Assembly: GCA_964433785.1 (NCBI GenBank)
Contig: CAYSTL010000001.1
Span: 28,324 to 92,323, forward strand
Direction: 5' to 3'
Length of the DNA: 64,000 nt
DNA from: an uncultured Thermoplasmata archaeon
Lineage (GTDB): Archaea; Thermoplasmatota; Thermoplasmata; Halarchaeoplasmatales; Halarchaeoplasmataceae
Part shown: positions 19,701 through 28,071 of the stretch, one piece after another
How positions within the stretch are numbered: position 1 is the stretch's first letter
Layout: each line of letters starts with the position of its first letter
Made by a program: the position numbers and the translations under genes
The notes under the pieces: model-generated
Told to the model about the DNA's origin: nothing
Databases searched by the model: none
What the model saw: the letters and a program-made list of their open reading frames with translations, nothing else

Positions 19701-20453
19701 ATCAGAGAAATATTCTGCTATTTCTTCCCTCTCATCCCTCCAACCAAGTCGACCTACTGCTTCTATGTCCTCAAATGAACCTTTTCCTTTAGGTTTATAT
19801 TCCCAATAACCGTCATCACCCTTTCTTAATTCTCCTTTTAATGCAGAATCGTTCATGGCTGAATTTAAAGCTTCTTGAATCATCTCTATACCTTTTTGCT
19901 TGTTACCTTCAGCTGTAAACCCGTTATCTTCTACGATATCTTCAAAATGATCATAAGAAGGAGATGATCTACTGAAAGGTAGATATCTAATATCTCCATG
20001 TCCATTGTAGAAATCTTCAACGATCTTACTTCGGTTTACTAGAAAATTAGCAGCATATCTTACTTCTTCGATCGAAAATGGATTGAATTGTAGTTCACCA
20101 TTAACGTTGCACTCGTAAGGTGAAACAGTATGCGCTGGGTTGAAAAATAAAGTATTATATGACTTCTCACCTTTCCAGGTCTCAATATTTTCTCTTGTTT
20201 CTTTATTCAGGTCTTTGATAAATTTCCCTTCCACAGATTTTAAAAAAAGATCTAATTTACCATCGGCAACTTTTCCTACTGCTGTTTGCTCATTAGTCAT
20301 CGTTTCTATTGTGATATTATTTACAGGATCTAGAGTCTCATCTTTCTCATTTATACTGTTATTCACTTCCTGAAAAGAACCTAAAGAAATAGATAAGCTG
20401 CTGAATAAAAAAATAATGATTACAGCCAATGTAAATAATCGATTATATTTCAT
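16743..20453 (-). CDS. large surface protein: signal peptide, family-5 (peptide/nickel type) solute-binding-protein-like domain, four PKD domains, C-terminal TM anchor
   Basis: 1236 aa. The N-terminal ~750 aa resemble ABC SBP family 5 by eye. Four PKD repeats of 82-86 aa (aa 866-1200). Ends in GGDGGKSDG linker, TM helix and KTKD. Confidence 0.65.
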   Translation of the reverse strand: MKYNRLFTLAVIIIFLFSSLSISLGSFQEVNNSINEKDETLDPVNNITIETMTNEQTAVGKVADGKLDLFLKSVEGKFIKDLNKETRENIETWKGEKSYNTLFFNPAHTVSPYECNVNGELQFNPFSIEEVRYAANFLVNRSKIVEDFYNGHGDIRYLPFSRSSPSYDHFEDIVEDNGFTAEGNKQKGIEMIQEALNSAMNDSALKGELRKGDDGYWEYKPKGKGSFEDIEAVGRLGWRDEREEIAEYFSDILEECGIESYVPKFDYGYGSIVWGSDPADLHWSFYTGRWISQSAKYYQSKQPAHMYAGWYDYMPGGFIDDPDYNYGYNGTGNQTLERISKRLYENQINSIDQYWKYMEKVTRIGVNESIRLFLSTKNEYYTYNKNKVKTAVTDVITGWSDYFTPRTIYSYKDNLTFASYSSQGTLYRDNWNEIDGSAHPYGLQQKRMLMDTGAAFHPRTGKPIPFRCDWTTNGEKNRVVKDYHWYENETGAMILDKNISVPEDAVKYNTKIQRWENVDSNTGSAVKVMYDVKTSKWHDGHDLTLKDLISNYAFMKELVYKDDENNTWYNKGFSNDAKPWYDSIVATKWDENNGTYTIWGNFNSPIDDEVGKYYTEYTFPVVPHQLYEAAQFLVTQNETFIPSNSSTYSWDYTADNWIHWLSKSQGEDFVSTLENMTGKDWMPWYLREENNAPITLSQNQYNSEINSIIHFYERYGHVFSSQGPFMAKTVDTEEKQVDLIRFDQGDGYPYRRDHWYESLREINIFNTTPEDNSFIKDSDKDVSVVFTKSMNTSKIPELKVVNGTDPGGWEFLGWKTTINENDTAVWSVEKWNPNEKVTVKIYDFEDEYGNKGTPYSFNFLTHDTIDPTADAGYDKTISYKEDVKLDASDSYDNRDIVNYTWDIGDETLYGKTVKHRFEKIGTYEATLEVKDAAGNVDTDTVKVFVKDFDDPVAVAGNDIITDEDEKVSLNGFGSWDDYGIKSYLWTIEGYNYQGESITYTFEDPGRYKVTLKVIDHGDNFDTDSLNVTVRDTTPPVADAGGDIITEAGAEVTLDGSKSTDNGELTNYTWIIEDKKVFGENENYIFEEPGEYDVYLRVFDKGEHLDEDHLQVSVRSSEPPTADAGDDITVDIGEKFTLDGSGSTDNIGIVSYEWNFSDGESEYGKFVEHEFDKKGNYKVNLTVTDKAGNTDTDVVEIKVKGGDGGKSDGIGSIGYLVIALIMGMMISVAIYYLKTKD
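16854..17858 (-). repeat. four tandem PKD-domain coding repeats
   Basis: Repeats begin DPTADAGYDK, DDPVAVAGND, PPVADAGGD and PPTADAGDD. Each contains the Y.W motif and ends in D.D...V.V. Confidence 0.8.
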
Positions 20454-20624
20454 CCCCTATCAATTTATATTATTTACGTATCCTATATTTAAAGATTGGC
20501 AGTAAATGATTAAATTACAAGGTTAACAAAATTAGAATCAATACATACTTCCTTACTCGTATTTCAAACAAAGAATTTTATATTCCTTTTTAACTAGTCG
20601 ACCGTAAATAGATTATTTTAACAG

Positions 20625-21707
20625 GTGAAGAAGATGGATGATAGGATAAGGAAACATGCAGAAATACTTGCTGATTGGAGTACGGATATAGAAGAAGATG
20701 ATAATGTCGTGATCGTTGGCAACCCAGAGGCTCACGAACTGTTCGTTGCATTACATGAAGAGGTAGGAAAGAGGGGAGCTTTCCCGACTACAATTTACAC
20801 ATCTAATGAGATGAATAGAGCTTACCTGAAGAATTTTGATGGCGAGTTCAAAACTCCGGAACATACTTTAAATCTTTACGAAAACGCCGATGTCGTGATC
20901 TTCGTAAAATCAGACCCGAACGAAAAAGCGATGAATGACGTACCAGGAGAGGTAGTTTCTGAATACTCTAAAAGTAGGAAACCTATCAGCGACCTCCTTC
21001 AAGAAAAGAAATCCTCGATAACTGCTTTCCCGACAAATGGAGCAGCACAATTAGCTGACATGTCTCTATCAGAGTACCAGGATTTCGTATGGAACGCAGT
21101 GATCAGAGACTGGGAAGAAGTTCATGAAAAGCAGCAGATATTGAAAGAAAGATTGGATGAAGCTGATGAAGTTCACATAGAAGGACCAGAAACTGATCTC
21201 ACCATGTCTATAAAAGGAAATATCGGGGTCAATTCAGACGGGAAACACAACCTACCAAGCGGAGAGGTTTATACAGCTCCTATACCTGACAGCGTTAACG
21301 GAAAGATAATGTTCGATAAACCACTGATGTATATGGGCAGGGAGATTAAAGGTGTCAGGCTAAAATTCGAGGACGGAGTCGTTGTAGAACACTCTGCCGA
21401 GATGAATGAAGAACTACTCTCAGATCTATTAGATACGGATGAAGGTGCAAGAAAACTTGGTGAACTGGGAATAGGAACTAACAGAGATATTCAAACTTTC
21501 ACAAGAAACATGCTCTTCGATGAAAAGATGGGTGATACCATACATCTCGCCCTAGGTAGAGCCATAAACAGATCGATAGGAGAAGATGGAGAAGGTAACG
21601 AAAGTGCCATTCATATGGATATCATCAAAGATATGAGTAAAGGAACGCTCAAATTGGACGATGAGATCGTTATGGAGAACGGTAAATTCATATGGGAGAT
21701 GGACTAA
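20625..21707 (+). CDS. M29-family aminopeptidase (AmpS/PepS-like)
   Basis: 360 aa. LGELGIGTN...LFDEKMGDTIHLALG and ESAIHMDI motifs typical of thermophilic metalloaminopeptidase family M29. Confidence 0.8.
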   Translation: MKKMDDRIRKHAEILADWSTDIEEDDNVVIVGNPEAHELFVALHEEVGKRGAFPTTIYTSNEMNRAYLKNFDGEFKTPEHTLNLYENADVVIFVKSDPNEKAMNDVPGEVVSEYSKSRKPISDLLQEKKSSITAFPTNGAAQLADMSLSEYQDFVWNAVIRDWEEVHEKQQILKERLDEADEVHIEGPETDLTMSIKGNIGVNSDGKHNLPSGEVYTAPIPDSVNGKIMFDKPLMYMGREIKGVRLKFEDGVVVEHSAEMNEELLSDLLDTDEGARKLGELGIGTNRDIQTFTRNMLFDEKMGDTIHLALGRAINRSIGEDGEGNESAIHMDIIKDMSKGTLKLDDEIVMENGKFIWEMD

Positions 21708-21754
21708 AAAAACCTTTCAAAAACATTATTACTACTCTTTTCTTTACTTTATCT

Positions 21755-22939
21755 ATGACATTCAATCCTCCTTATTGGAAAGAACCCGAGAAATTAGTAT
21801 TTGAAAGTAAAGTTAAATCCCTGAATGGAAAGAAAGTAATTTTGACAAAATCTTACTTTCATCCTGAAGGAGGCGGTCAACCCGCAGATAAAGGAACTAT
21901 CAATGGTTATGAAGTTACGGATGTACAGAAAATTGATGGCGAAATTGTACACACTGTCCTAGATCATGATATTGAAGTAGGTGATAAGGTAGATTGCGAG
22001 ATAGATAGTGAATACAGATTATACTGTATGCGATCTCATACTGGCTCTCATATTGTCTATGGCGCAGGAAGAGAAGTATTAGGGGATATCGGTTATTCTG
22101 GATTCGGTATCAGTGAAGACAAGGTCAGGATCGATTTCAAAACTGATGCACATATTGATAGAGACAAGATGCTTAAGATGGAGAAATTGGCAAATAAAGT
22201 GATATTAGATGCAAGACCTATTGATTCTGATCTGAAAGGTAGAGATGATTTAGAAGAACTCACTGACTTAGCTTATGCTAAAGAGATGCCAGATGAAGAA
22301 AAAGTAAGGATCGTATCAATAAAGGATTGGGATACTGCTACCTGTTCAGGAACTCATTTCCAAAATACTATCGAAATAGGTAGGATAACTATAATCGGTA
22401 AGAAAAAACTACAGGAAGGAGTCACCAGGATCGAGTTCAAAGTCGGTCAGAATGCTCTTAAAGAGGATTACAAGCAAAAGCGAAATCTTCTTAGAGCAGA
22501 AAAAATGCTGGAAACTGACCATCAGAATTTAACAAAAGAGATAAGACGATTGTTAAACAGAGAAAGCGAATTAGATGAAAAGGTCGAAGACCTAGAGTCT
22601 AAATTATTGGAATCAAATTTTGAAGCATTGAAAAGACACAAGACTGACGATTTTGATCTCTTACTAGGTACAGTCAGTACTGATAAAAGTGATATATTAT
22701 CTAAGATGGTCAAAGACAGTATTGAAGATGGAGAAGTTATAGCAGTGATAAACAGATCTGGATCCCTATCAGCAGTTGTAGGTTCAAAAACTGATTCAGT
22801 ATCAGCTAATGGAGTAATACAGAGTCTCAGCAGTGAATTTGGAGGCGGTGGTGGCGGTACTGATGAATTCGCCCAAGGTGGCGGATTCCAAGGTGAACCT
22901 GAAAGCCTAATAGATCACCTGAAGAAAAATCTACTTTAA
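21755..22939 (+). CDS. alaX: alanyl-tRNA editing protein AlaX (AlaXM type)
   Basis: Start taken at MTFNPPYW; the track ORF extends upstream. HTGSHIV (HxxxH) and CSGTH zinc motifs of the AlaRS editing domain. C-terminal glycine-rich DHHA1-like tail. Confidence 0.8.
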   Translation: MTFNPPYWKEPEKLVFESKVKSLNGKKVILTKSYFHPEGGGQPADKGTINGYEVTDVQKIDGEIVHTVLDHDIEVGDKVDCEIDSEYRLYCMRSHTGSHIVYGAGREVLGDIGYSGFGISEDKVRIDFKTDAHIDRDKMLKMEKLANKVILDARPIDSDLKGRDDLEELTDLAYAKEMPDEEKVRIVSIKDWDTATCSGTHFQNTIEIGRITIIGKKKLQEGVTRIEFKVGQNALKEDYKQKRNLLRAEKMLETDHQNLTKEIRRLLNRESELDEKVEDLESKLLESNFEALKRHKTDDFDLLLGTVSTDKSDILSKMVKDSIEDGEVIAVINRSGSLSAVVGSKTDSVSANGVIQSLSSEFGGGGGGTDEFAQGGGFQGEPESLIDHLKKNLL

Positions 22940-22952
22940 AAGGTGTTGACAG

Positions 22953-23726
22953 ATGAAATACGATGAATATCTTGAACTTGCTAAAGAATCTGCTTTAGAA
23001 GCAGGAAAGATAATAACTAAAAATTTTGGAGAGAGGATAGAAGTAGGTCATAAAGGAAAGTATGACCTTGTGACAAAGATGGATATGAGATCTGAGAAGT
23101 ACATAGTTGATTCTATAAATGAAAGATTTCCAGATCATGATATCGTTACGGAAGAGACCGATCTTGAAAAAACTGGAAGTGAGTACGTATGGTATATAGA
23201 TCCTATAAGCGGAACTACAAATTACGCCCATTCTTTACCTGTTTTCTCAGTATCTGTAGGATTGACTTACCAAGGCGAAGTGATAGTGGGTGCTGCTAAC
23301 GATCCATTGAGAGAAGAACTATTCTATGCATCTAAAGGAAATGGAGCATATCTAAATGATGAAAAGCTCCATGTATCTGATGTTGATAAACTTAAAGATG
23401 CTGTTCTAGGAACGAGTTTTCCGTACGATGAAGATGAAAGGAAGGTCAATCTGAAATATTTCAATAGATTGATGCCGAATGTACAGGGGTTGAGAAGAAG
23501 TGGTTCTGTTGCTGTTGATCTACCTCACGTTGCCTGTGGCAGGATGGACGGTTTCTGGGCTATCCATCTGAAACCATGGGACCTTGCTGCTGGTAAACTG
23601 ATAGTTAAGGAAGCAGGGGGAAAAGTGACTAAGTTGGATGGAGATGAGCATGACGTTAAAGATTCATACATTATGGCCACTAATGGTAAGATACATGATG
23701 AGATGATCGAGGTACTAAATTCATAA
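22953..23726 (+). CDS. suhB: inositol monophosphatase / fructose-1,6-bisphosphatase family protein
   Basis: 257 aa. Motifs EETD, WYIDPISGT, WDLAAG. Confidence 0.85.
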   Translation: MKYDEYLELAKESALEAGKIITKNFGERIEVGHKGKYDLVTKMDMRSEKYIVDSINERFPDHDIVTEETDLEKTGSEYVWYIDPISGTTNYAHSLPVFSVSVGLTYQGEVIVGAANDPLREELFYASKGNGAYLNDEKLHVSDVDKLKDAVLGTSFPYDEDERKVNLKYFNRLMPNVQGLRRSGSVAVDLPHVACGRMDGFWAIHLKPWDLAAGKLIVKEAGGKVTKLDGDEHDVKDSYIMATNGKIHDEMIEVLNS

Positions 23727-23756
23727 AAAAGATAAAAGGTATGATTTTTAAGTTTT

Positions 23757-24206
23757 TTAATTGTAACTGACCCTTGTCTCCTCATCAGAAAGAGTTGGTT
23801 CGATCATCTCTTCCCATTTTGAAGAATCCCAAGTACCTAAATCACTGTGCGTTTCATAATATTTTTGAGGTATCGGATGAGTGCCAATAACCACTTTTAA
23901 TCCATATTTTTCTTCAATAAAATCTTTGAAATGATTTATTCTTGGACATGGTGGATAACCTACTACCAAACCTGTAGCTAGATGTATAACATCTGCTCCA
24001 TTCTTCTTCATCTCTTCAGGCGCATACTCGACATTACCACCTGGACATCCACCACATGATGTGTAACCAACTATCTCTAAATCCTCATCTTCATCATATA
24101 TGTCGAAAGCACCATCTCTATTTTTCATCGATTCAAAACATTTACCTCCGGCACAACTGCTGTAACGGTCACATATTATAATTCCGATATTCGTTTTATC
24201 GCTCAT
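23757..24206 (-). CDS. CGGC-domain protein
   Basis: 149 aa. YTSCGGCPGG motif plus an N-terminal CDRYSSCAGGKC cysteine cluster. Confidence 0.65.
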   Translation of the reverse strand: MSDKTNIGIIICDRYSSCAGGKCFESMKNRDGAFDIYDEDEDLEIVGYTSCGGCPGGNVEYAPEEMKKNGADVIHLATGLVVGYPPCPRINHFKDFIEEKYGLKVVIGTHPIPQKYYETHSDLGTWDSSKWEEMIEPTLSDEETRVSYN

Positions 24207-24348
24207 TTTAAAACCTCTTCTAAATCTGTAGATTATTTTTACACATATCGGTAGAAAATCATTATAGAAATACTTTTCCTAGATTTATTTGCAAAAAAAT
24301 GATATTTATCATAAAAATATATTAACTGAAACCCGACCTACTAATCAT

Positions 24349-24522
24349 ATGAATGTGAAATTACGTTTATATATCAATATAATGGTCCTCATCGTGACAT
24401 TGGTTGCTTCTATAGCTCTGGTATACCTTGGAGAACACCTTCAAGCCGTCTTCCCAGCGATAGTTGTTATTATATCTTTAGTGAACATCAGGAAATACAG
24501 CAAGATGGAAAAGGATAGATGA
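24349..24522 (+). CDS. small two-TM membrane protein
   Basis: 57 aa from the internal ATG (MNVKLRLYINIMVLIV...). Two hydrophobic helices. No family recognised. Confidence 0.3.
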   Translation: MNVKLRLYINIMVLIVTLVASIALVYLGEHLQAVFPAIVVIISLVNIRKYSKMEKDR

Positions 24523-24619
24523 ATCTATATCTTTGACCAGATATATTCTAAATAATTACAGGTAAGAATATACTAAAGTATTTAAAGGAGAATGATAAAC
24601 TTAGAGAAAGGAAGAATTT

Positions 24620-25105
24620 ATGGAACAATTTCGTAAAAGAAAATATGAGAGCATCTCTGAATTCATAGATGATATCAAATTTCTACTCAAAAACCACAAA
24701 AAAATCAAATCGGTTCAAAACGGCAATATGATCAGTGATGATTTCCGCGAACGTTTGATGATGGCAGTTACAGCTGTTAATGGGTGTCGTTATTGCTCTT
24801 TTTTTCATTCCAGATTGGCTTTGAAGTCTGGTATTTCCTCTGAAGAACTTGATTCCCTCTTAGACGGTACATTGAAAGACTCACCGGATAAAGAAAAATT
24901 AGCCTTATTTTATGCCCAGCACTGGACTGAAAACGGTGGTGAGGCAGAAAAGGATTTTGAAGAAAAACTTGTAAAAACGTATGGAAATAGAAAAGCTATG
25001 GCTATCAAACTTGCGTTAAGATCTATATATTTTGGCAACCTCTTAGGAAACACCTTTGATTATATCCTGTATAAGATTACGTTTGGAAAAATCGGAAAAT
25101 CATGA
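24620..25105 (+). CDS. carboxymuconolactone decarboxylase / AhpD-like family protein
   Basis: 161 aa. VNGCRYCSFFH CxxC motif typical of the AhpD-like core. Confidence 0.6.
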   Translation: MEQFRKRKYESISEFIDDIKFLLKNHKKIKSVQNGNMISDDFRERLMMAVTAVNGCRYCSFFHSRLALKSGISSEELDSLLDGTLKDSPDKEKLALFYAQHWTENGGEAEKDFEEKLVKTYGNRKAMAIKLALRSIYFGNLLGNTFDYILYKITFGKIGKS

Positions 25106-25166
25106 TAATCCCAAAATGATACTGATTATTGGGTGATTCGAACCTTCTTTAAATAATCAATACATA

Positions 25167-25183
25167 TGCCCGATCGGGGATTC
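25167..25183 (-). repeat. 17-nt exact copy of the tRNA-Arg 3' end (att-like scar)
   Basis: TGCCCGATCGGGGATTC is identical to 25271-25287 and lies 104 bp further downstream of the tRNA. A weaker T-loop-like copy (GGGTGATTCGAACC) sits at 25131-25144. Confidence 0.7.
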
Positions 25184-25270
25184 TAATAAGAAAAATTCAT
25201 TTCATTCATTTTTCTCATAGCTCACAGATTAAAATCTGTTCGCGAACCCAAAGGTTCTCATCCAAAAAAG

Positions 25271-25344
25271 TGCCCGATCGGGGATTCGAACCCCGGTAGA
25301 AGGCTCCGCAAGCCTTCATGATATCCAGACTACATTAATCGGGC
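25271..25344 (-). tRNA. tRNA-Arg (anticodon GCG)
   Basis: The reverse complement folds as a cloverleaf: GCCCGAT/ATCGGGC acceptor, AAGGC-TTGCGGA-GCCTT anticodon arm, CGGGG-TTCGAAT-CCCCG T-arm, discriminator A. Confidence 0.9.
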
Positions 25345-25376
25345 TTATGGTATTCAGGTCACCGATAAATTAGAGA

Positions 25377-26510
25377 TTAATTTAATTTGTGGTACTCTTC
25401 TATCACTCTTTCATAAACTTTCTGTAGAGGTATATCTTTTTCTTCAGCTATTTTCTTACAATCCTCGTACTCGGGAGATACCCTTTCTTCAGAAACTTTG
25501 ACATCGATCTTACCGAATTCAGTATCTACTTCGATTATTTCCCTATCGGTGACGATACGCATGTCTCGATTTACCCTCATACCTAAAGTAGAGGTCTCAT
25601 CAAATATCATCTCTCTAACTTCATCTAGATTCTCTTCTTTACAGAGCAGAGTCACTTCCCACCCATCTCTAGATTTCTTTCCTCTAGCATTTTTATGATA
25701 TACATCCACAGCGATCTCTCTTATCTTATCCAAGGCATAGGAAAATACCTCTGGATTCATATCATCGATATAGAATTCCAGCCTATAAACCGATTCACAC
25801 ATGTTGGCACTTTCACCAGAGAAAATTCTCAGTGCATTCGGTTCTTCCATCTCCCTGTTTCCATAACCCACACCAATCTTATCTAGATCGATATCGGGTG
25901 GATTATGTTGTACAGTTAAGGTTCTTAGCAGAGCTGCACCTGTAGGAGTGACCAGTTCACCATCTTTATCTGTAAATTTAACGTCCAACCCTTTTATTAT
26001 ATCTGAAGTGGCTGGAACTGGAACCTTCAGCTTTCCATGTGCACTTTCAACAGTTCCACTACCGAAATTAACTGTAGAGCAAAATGCTTTATCGAAACCC
26101 AGGTCGTCGAATAAAGCAACCGATCCAACTATATCTATTATCGAATCTATCATCCCAACTTCGTGAAATTCTATCTCATCTTTATCCATATCATGAACCT
26201 TAGCCTCAGAATCACCTAACAGTTCAAAAGCATCTAAGCTCTTCTCTTTGACAAAATCGTTCAATCCTGAGTCTTCTATCATATCGACAATAGTGCTCAA
26301 CCGTCTGTGTGGTTGGTCCTTATATTTTATCTTCACATCTTTACCTCTCAATGGATCTCCTCTATCTTCGATCAATACGTTCACATTTTCCAAACCCAGT
26401 TCATCTATCACATCGTTCAACAATTTTTCAGATGCACCAAGATCTAGAAATGCACCCAATAACATGTCTCCACTTATACCAGAACTCAAATCAAAATAAG
26501 CTATCTTCAT
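25377..26510 (-). CDS. larC: nickel insertion protein LarC (NPN cofactor biosynthesis)
   Basis: 377 aa. N-terminal YFDLSSGISGDMLLGAFLDLG typical of DUF111/LarC. Confidence 0.85.
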   Translation of the reverse strand: MKIAYFDLSSGISGDMLLGAFLDLGASEKLLNDVIDELGLENVNVLIEDRGDPLRGKDVKIKYKDQPHRRLSTIVDMIEDSGLNDFVKEKSLDAFELLGDSEAKVHDMDKDEIEFHEVGMIDSIIDIVGSVALFDDLGFDKAFCSTVNFGSGTVESAHGKLKVPVPATSDIIKGLDVKFTDKDGELVTPTGAALLRTLTVQHNPPDIDLDKIGVGYGNREMEEPNALRIFSGESANMCESVYRLEFYIDDMNPEVFSYALDKIREIAVDVYHKNARGKKSRDGWEVTLLCKEENLDEVREMIFDETSTLGMRVNRDMRIVTDREIIEVDTEFGKIDVKVSEERVSPEYEDCKKIAEEKDIPLQKVYERVIEEYHKLN

Positions 26511-26511
26511 T

Positions 26512-27246
26512 TTATCTATCTCCTAACATATGATGAACGAAGGCTGCTGCCCCGTAACCGTTATCAATATTCACAACTGCTAAACCAGTAGAACAGCTGT
26601 TCAACATCGTTTCCAATGCACTTCTACCTTCTCTTGCTGTACCATATCCAACACTCGTAGGGATACCGATAACTGGTGCTCCAACCAATCCAGCTACGAT
26701 ACCCGGTAAGGTCCCGTCCATACCTGCTGCTACGATGACCGCGTCTGAATCTCTGATCTTTTTTATGAATGGTAGTAACCTGTGAATGCCTGCAACGCCG
26801 ACATCAAATATCCTATCGATATCATATCCTAGATTCTCAAGCGTAACAGCAGCTTCCTCAGCCACTTCGATGTCACTTGAACCTGCTGTAATGACGCTTA
26901 CTTTTCCCTCAACATCCTGTTCAACATCGCCTACTACTACTATCTTTCCTCTTTCATAGTATTCAGAATCTTCTCTAACGGATCTTATTGTATCAAAATT
27001 TTCTTTAGTAGCTCTGGTAAAAAACCGGTCACCATTTTCAGCGACCTTCTTCAACTGTTCTTCAGTCTTCCCAGGACAAAATACAGCCTCAGGCAATCCC
27101 TTTCTCATCTCTCTAAAATTATCTATCTTTACATCTCCATAATCAGAATAAGGTAATTCCATAAGAGTTGCTTTTACTGTTTCTAGGTCGACTTCTCCAT
27201 CTTTAAATTTTATCAATAATTCTTCAATATCTTCCATATTTATCAC
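26512..27246 (-). CDS. larB: nicotinic acid adenine dinucleotide carboxylase/hydrolase LarB
   Basis: 244 aa. AIR-carboxylase-like AAGMDGTLPGIVAGLVGAPVIGIPTSVGYG. Confidence 0.9.
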   Translation of the reverse strand: MINMEDIEELLIKFKDGEVDLETVKATLMELPYSDYGDVKIDNFREMRKGLPEAVFCPGKTEEQLKKVAENGDRFFTRATKENFDTIRSVREDSEYYERGKIVVVGDVEQDVEGKVSVITAGSSDIEVAEEAAVTLENLGYDIDRIFDVGVAGIHRLLPFIKKIRDSDAVIVAAGMDGTLPGIVAGLVGAPVIGIPTSVGYGTAREGRSALETMLNSCSTGLAVVNIDNGYGAAAFVHHMLGDR

Positions 27247-28025
27247 TTCGATATAGATCCAGTTTGGTAACCTTCTAAATCCAAGAATATGTTTTCGTAT
27301 CCATCATCCTTAAGGAGTTTAATTATCTTTTCTCTATTTTCTAAAATTATACTCATATCTTCAGGCCATACTTCTATTCTAGCAGTATCACCAAAGTCTC
27401 TAACTCTTAACTGTCTAACACCTAAAGAAAATATCTCATCCTCTATCCTCTCTATCCTATACAACTTGTCTTTAGTCAACTCCTCTCCCGGTGGAAACCT
27501 TGTTGCTAGACATGCAAATGAAGGCTTATTCCAGATGTTGATTTCCTTCCATTTCAGGATATCTCTAACTTCTTCTTCCTCTATACCCACTTCATAAAGA
27601 GGTGCCCTCGCTCTTTCTTTAACAGCCTCAAATCCAGGTCTATGACCTTTAACTTCCGAAGAATTGGTTCCCTCAAGTATTGTCCTTTCATCATTCATTA
27701 GATCAAACAACTGCTTTTTACAATAATAACACCTGTTCTCTGGATTCTCAGCGAAGCGTTCATCTTCTAATTTCTCAGTTTCGATCACTTCAAATTCTAC
27801 TCCAAGCTCTTCAGCTAGACAGACAGCTTCCTCTGTCTCCTTTTCAGGGAAAACTTCAGCATCCACTATCACAGCTTTAACATCATCCAATGCTTCTAGA
27901 GCAGATATAAGAACCAAAGTACTATCTTTACCACCAGAAAATGCAACAATAGATTTTCCGATATCTTCCTCATGATACCAATCGATCAATCGGTCCCAAA
28001 GTTCTTTTACTCTCTCTTCATCCAT
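27243..28025 (-). CDS. larE: ATP-dependent sulfur transferase LarE
   Basis: 260 aa. PP-loop FSGGKDS. Cys triad CYYC plus FACLATR, which suggests the Fe-S-dependent LarE class. 4-bp overlap with larB. Confidence 0.85.
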   Translation of the reverse strand: MDEERVKELWDRLIDWYHEEDIGKSIVAFSGGKDSTLVLISALEALDDVKAVIVDAEVFPEKETEEAVCLAEELGVEFEVIETEKLEDERFAENPENRCYYCKKQLFDLMNDERTILEGTNSSEVKGHRPGFEAVKERARAPLYEVGIEEEEVRDILKWKEINIWNKPSFACLATRFPPGEELTKDKLYRIERIEDEIFSLGVRQLRVRDFGDTARIEVWPEDMSIILENREKIIKLLKDDGYENIFLDLEGYQTGSISK

Positions 28026-28071
28026 GTTTATTACCCAAAAATAACTATGTTATTAATTATTTACCTATCTC

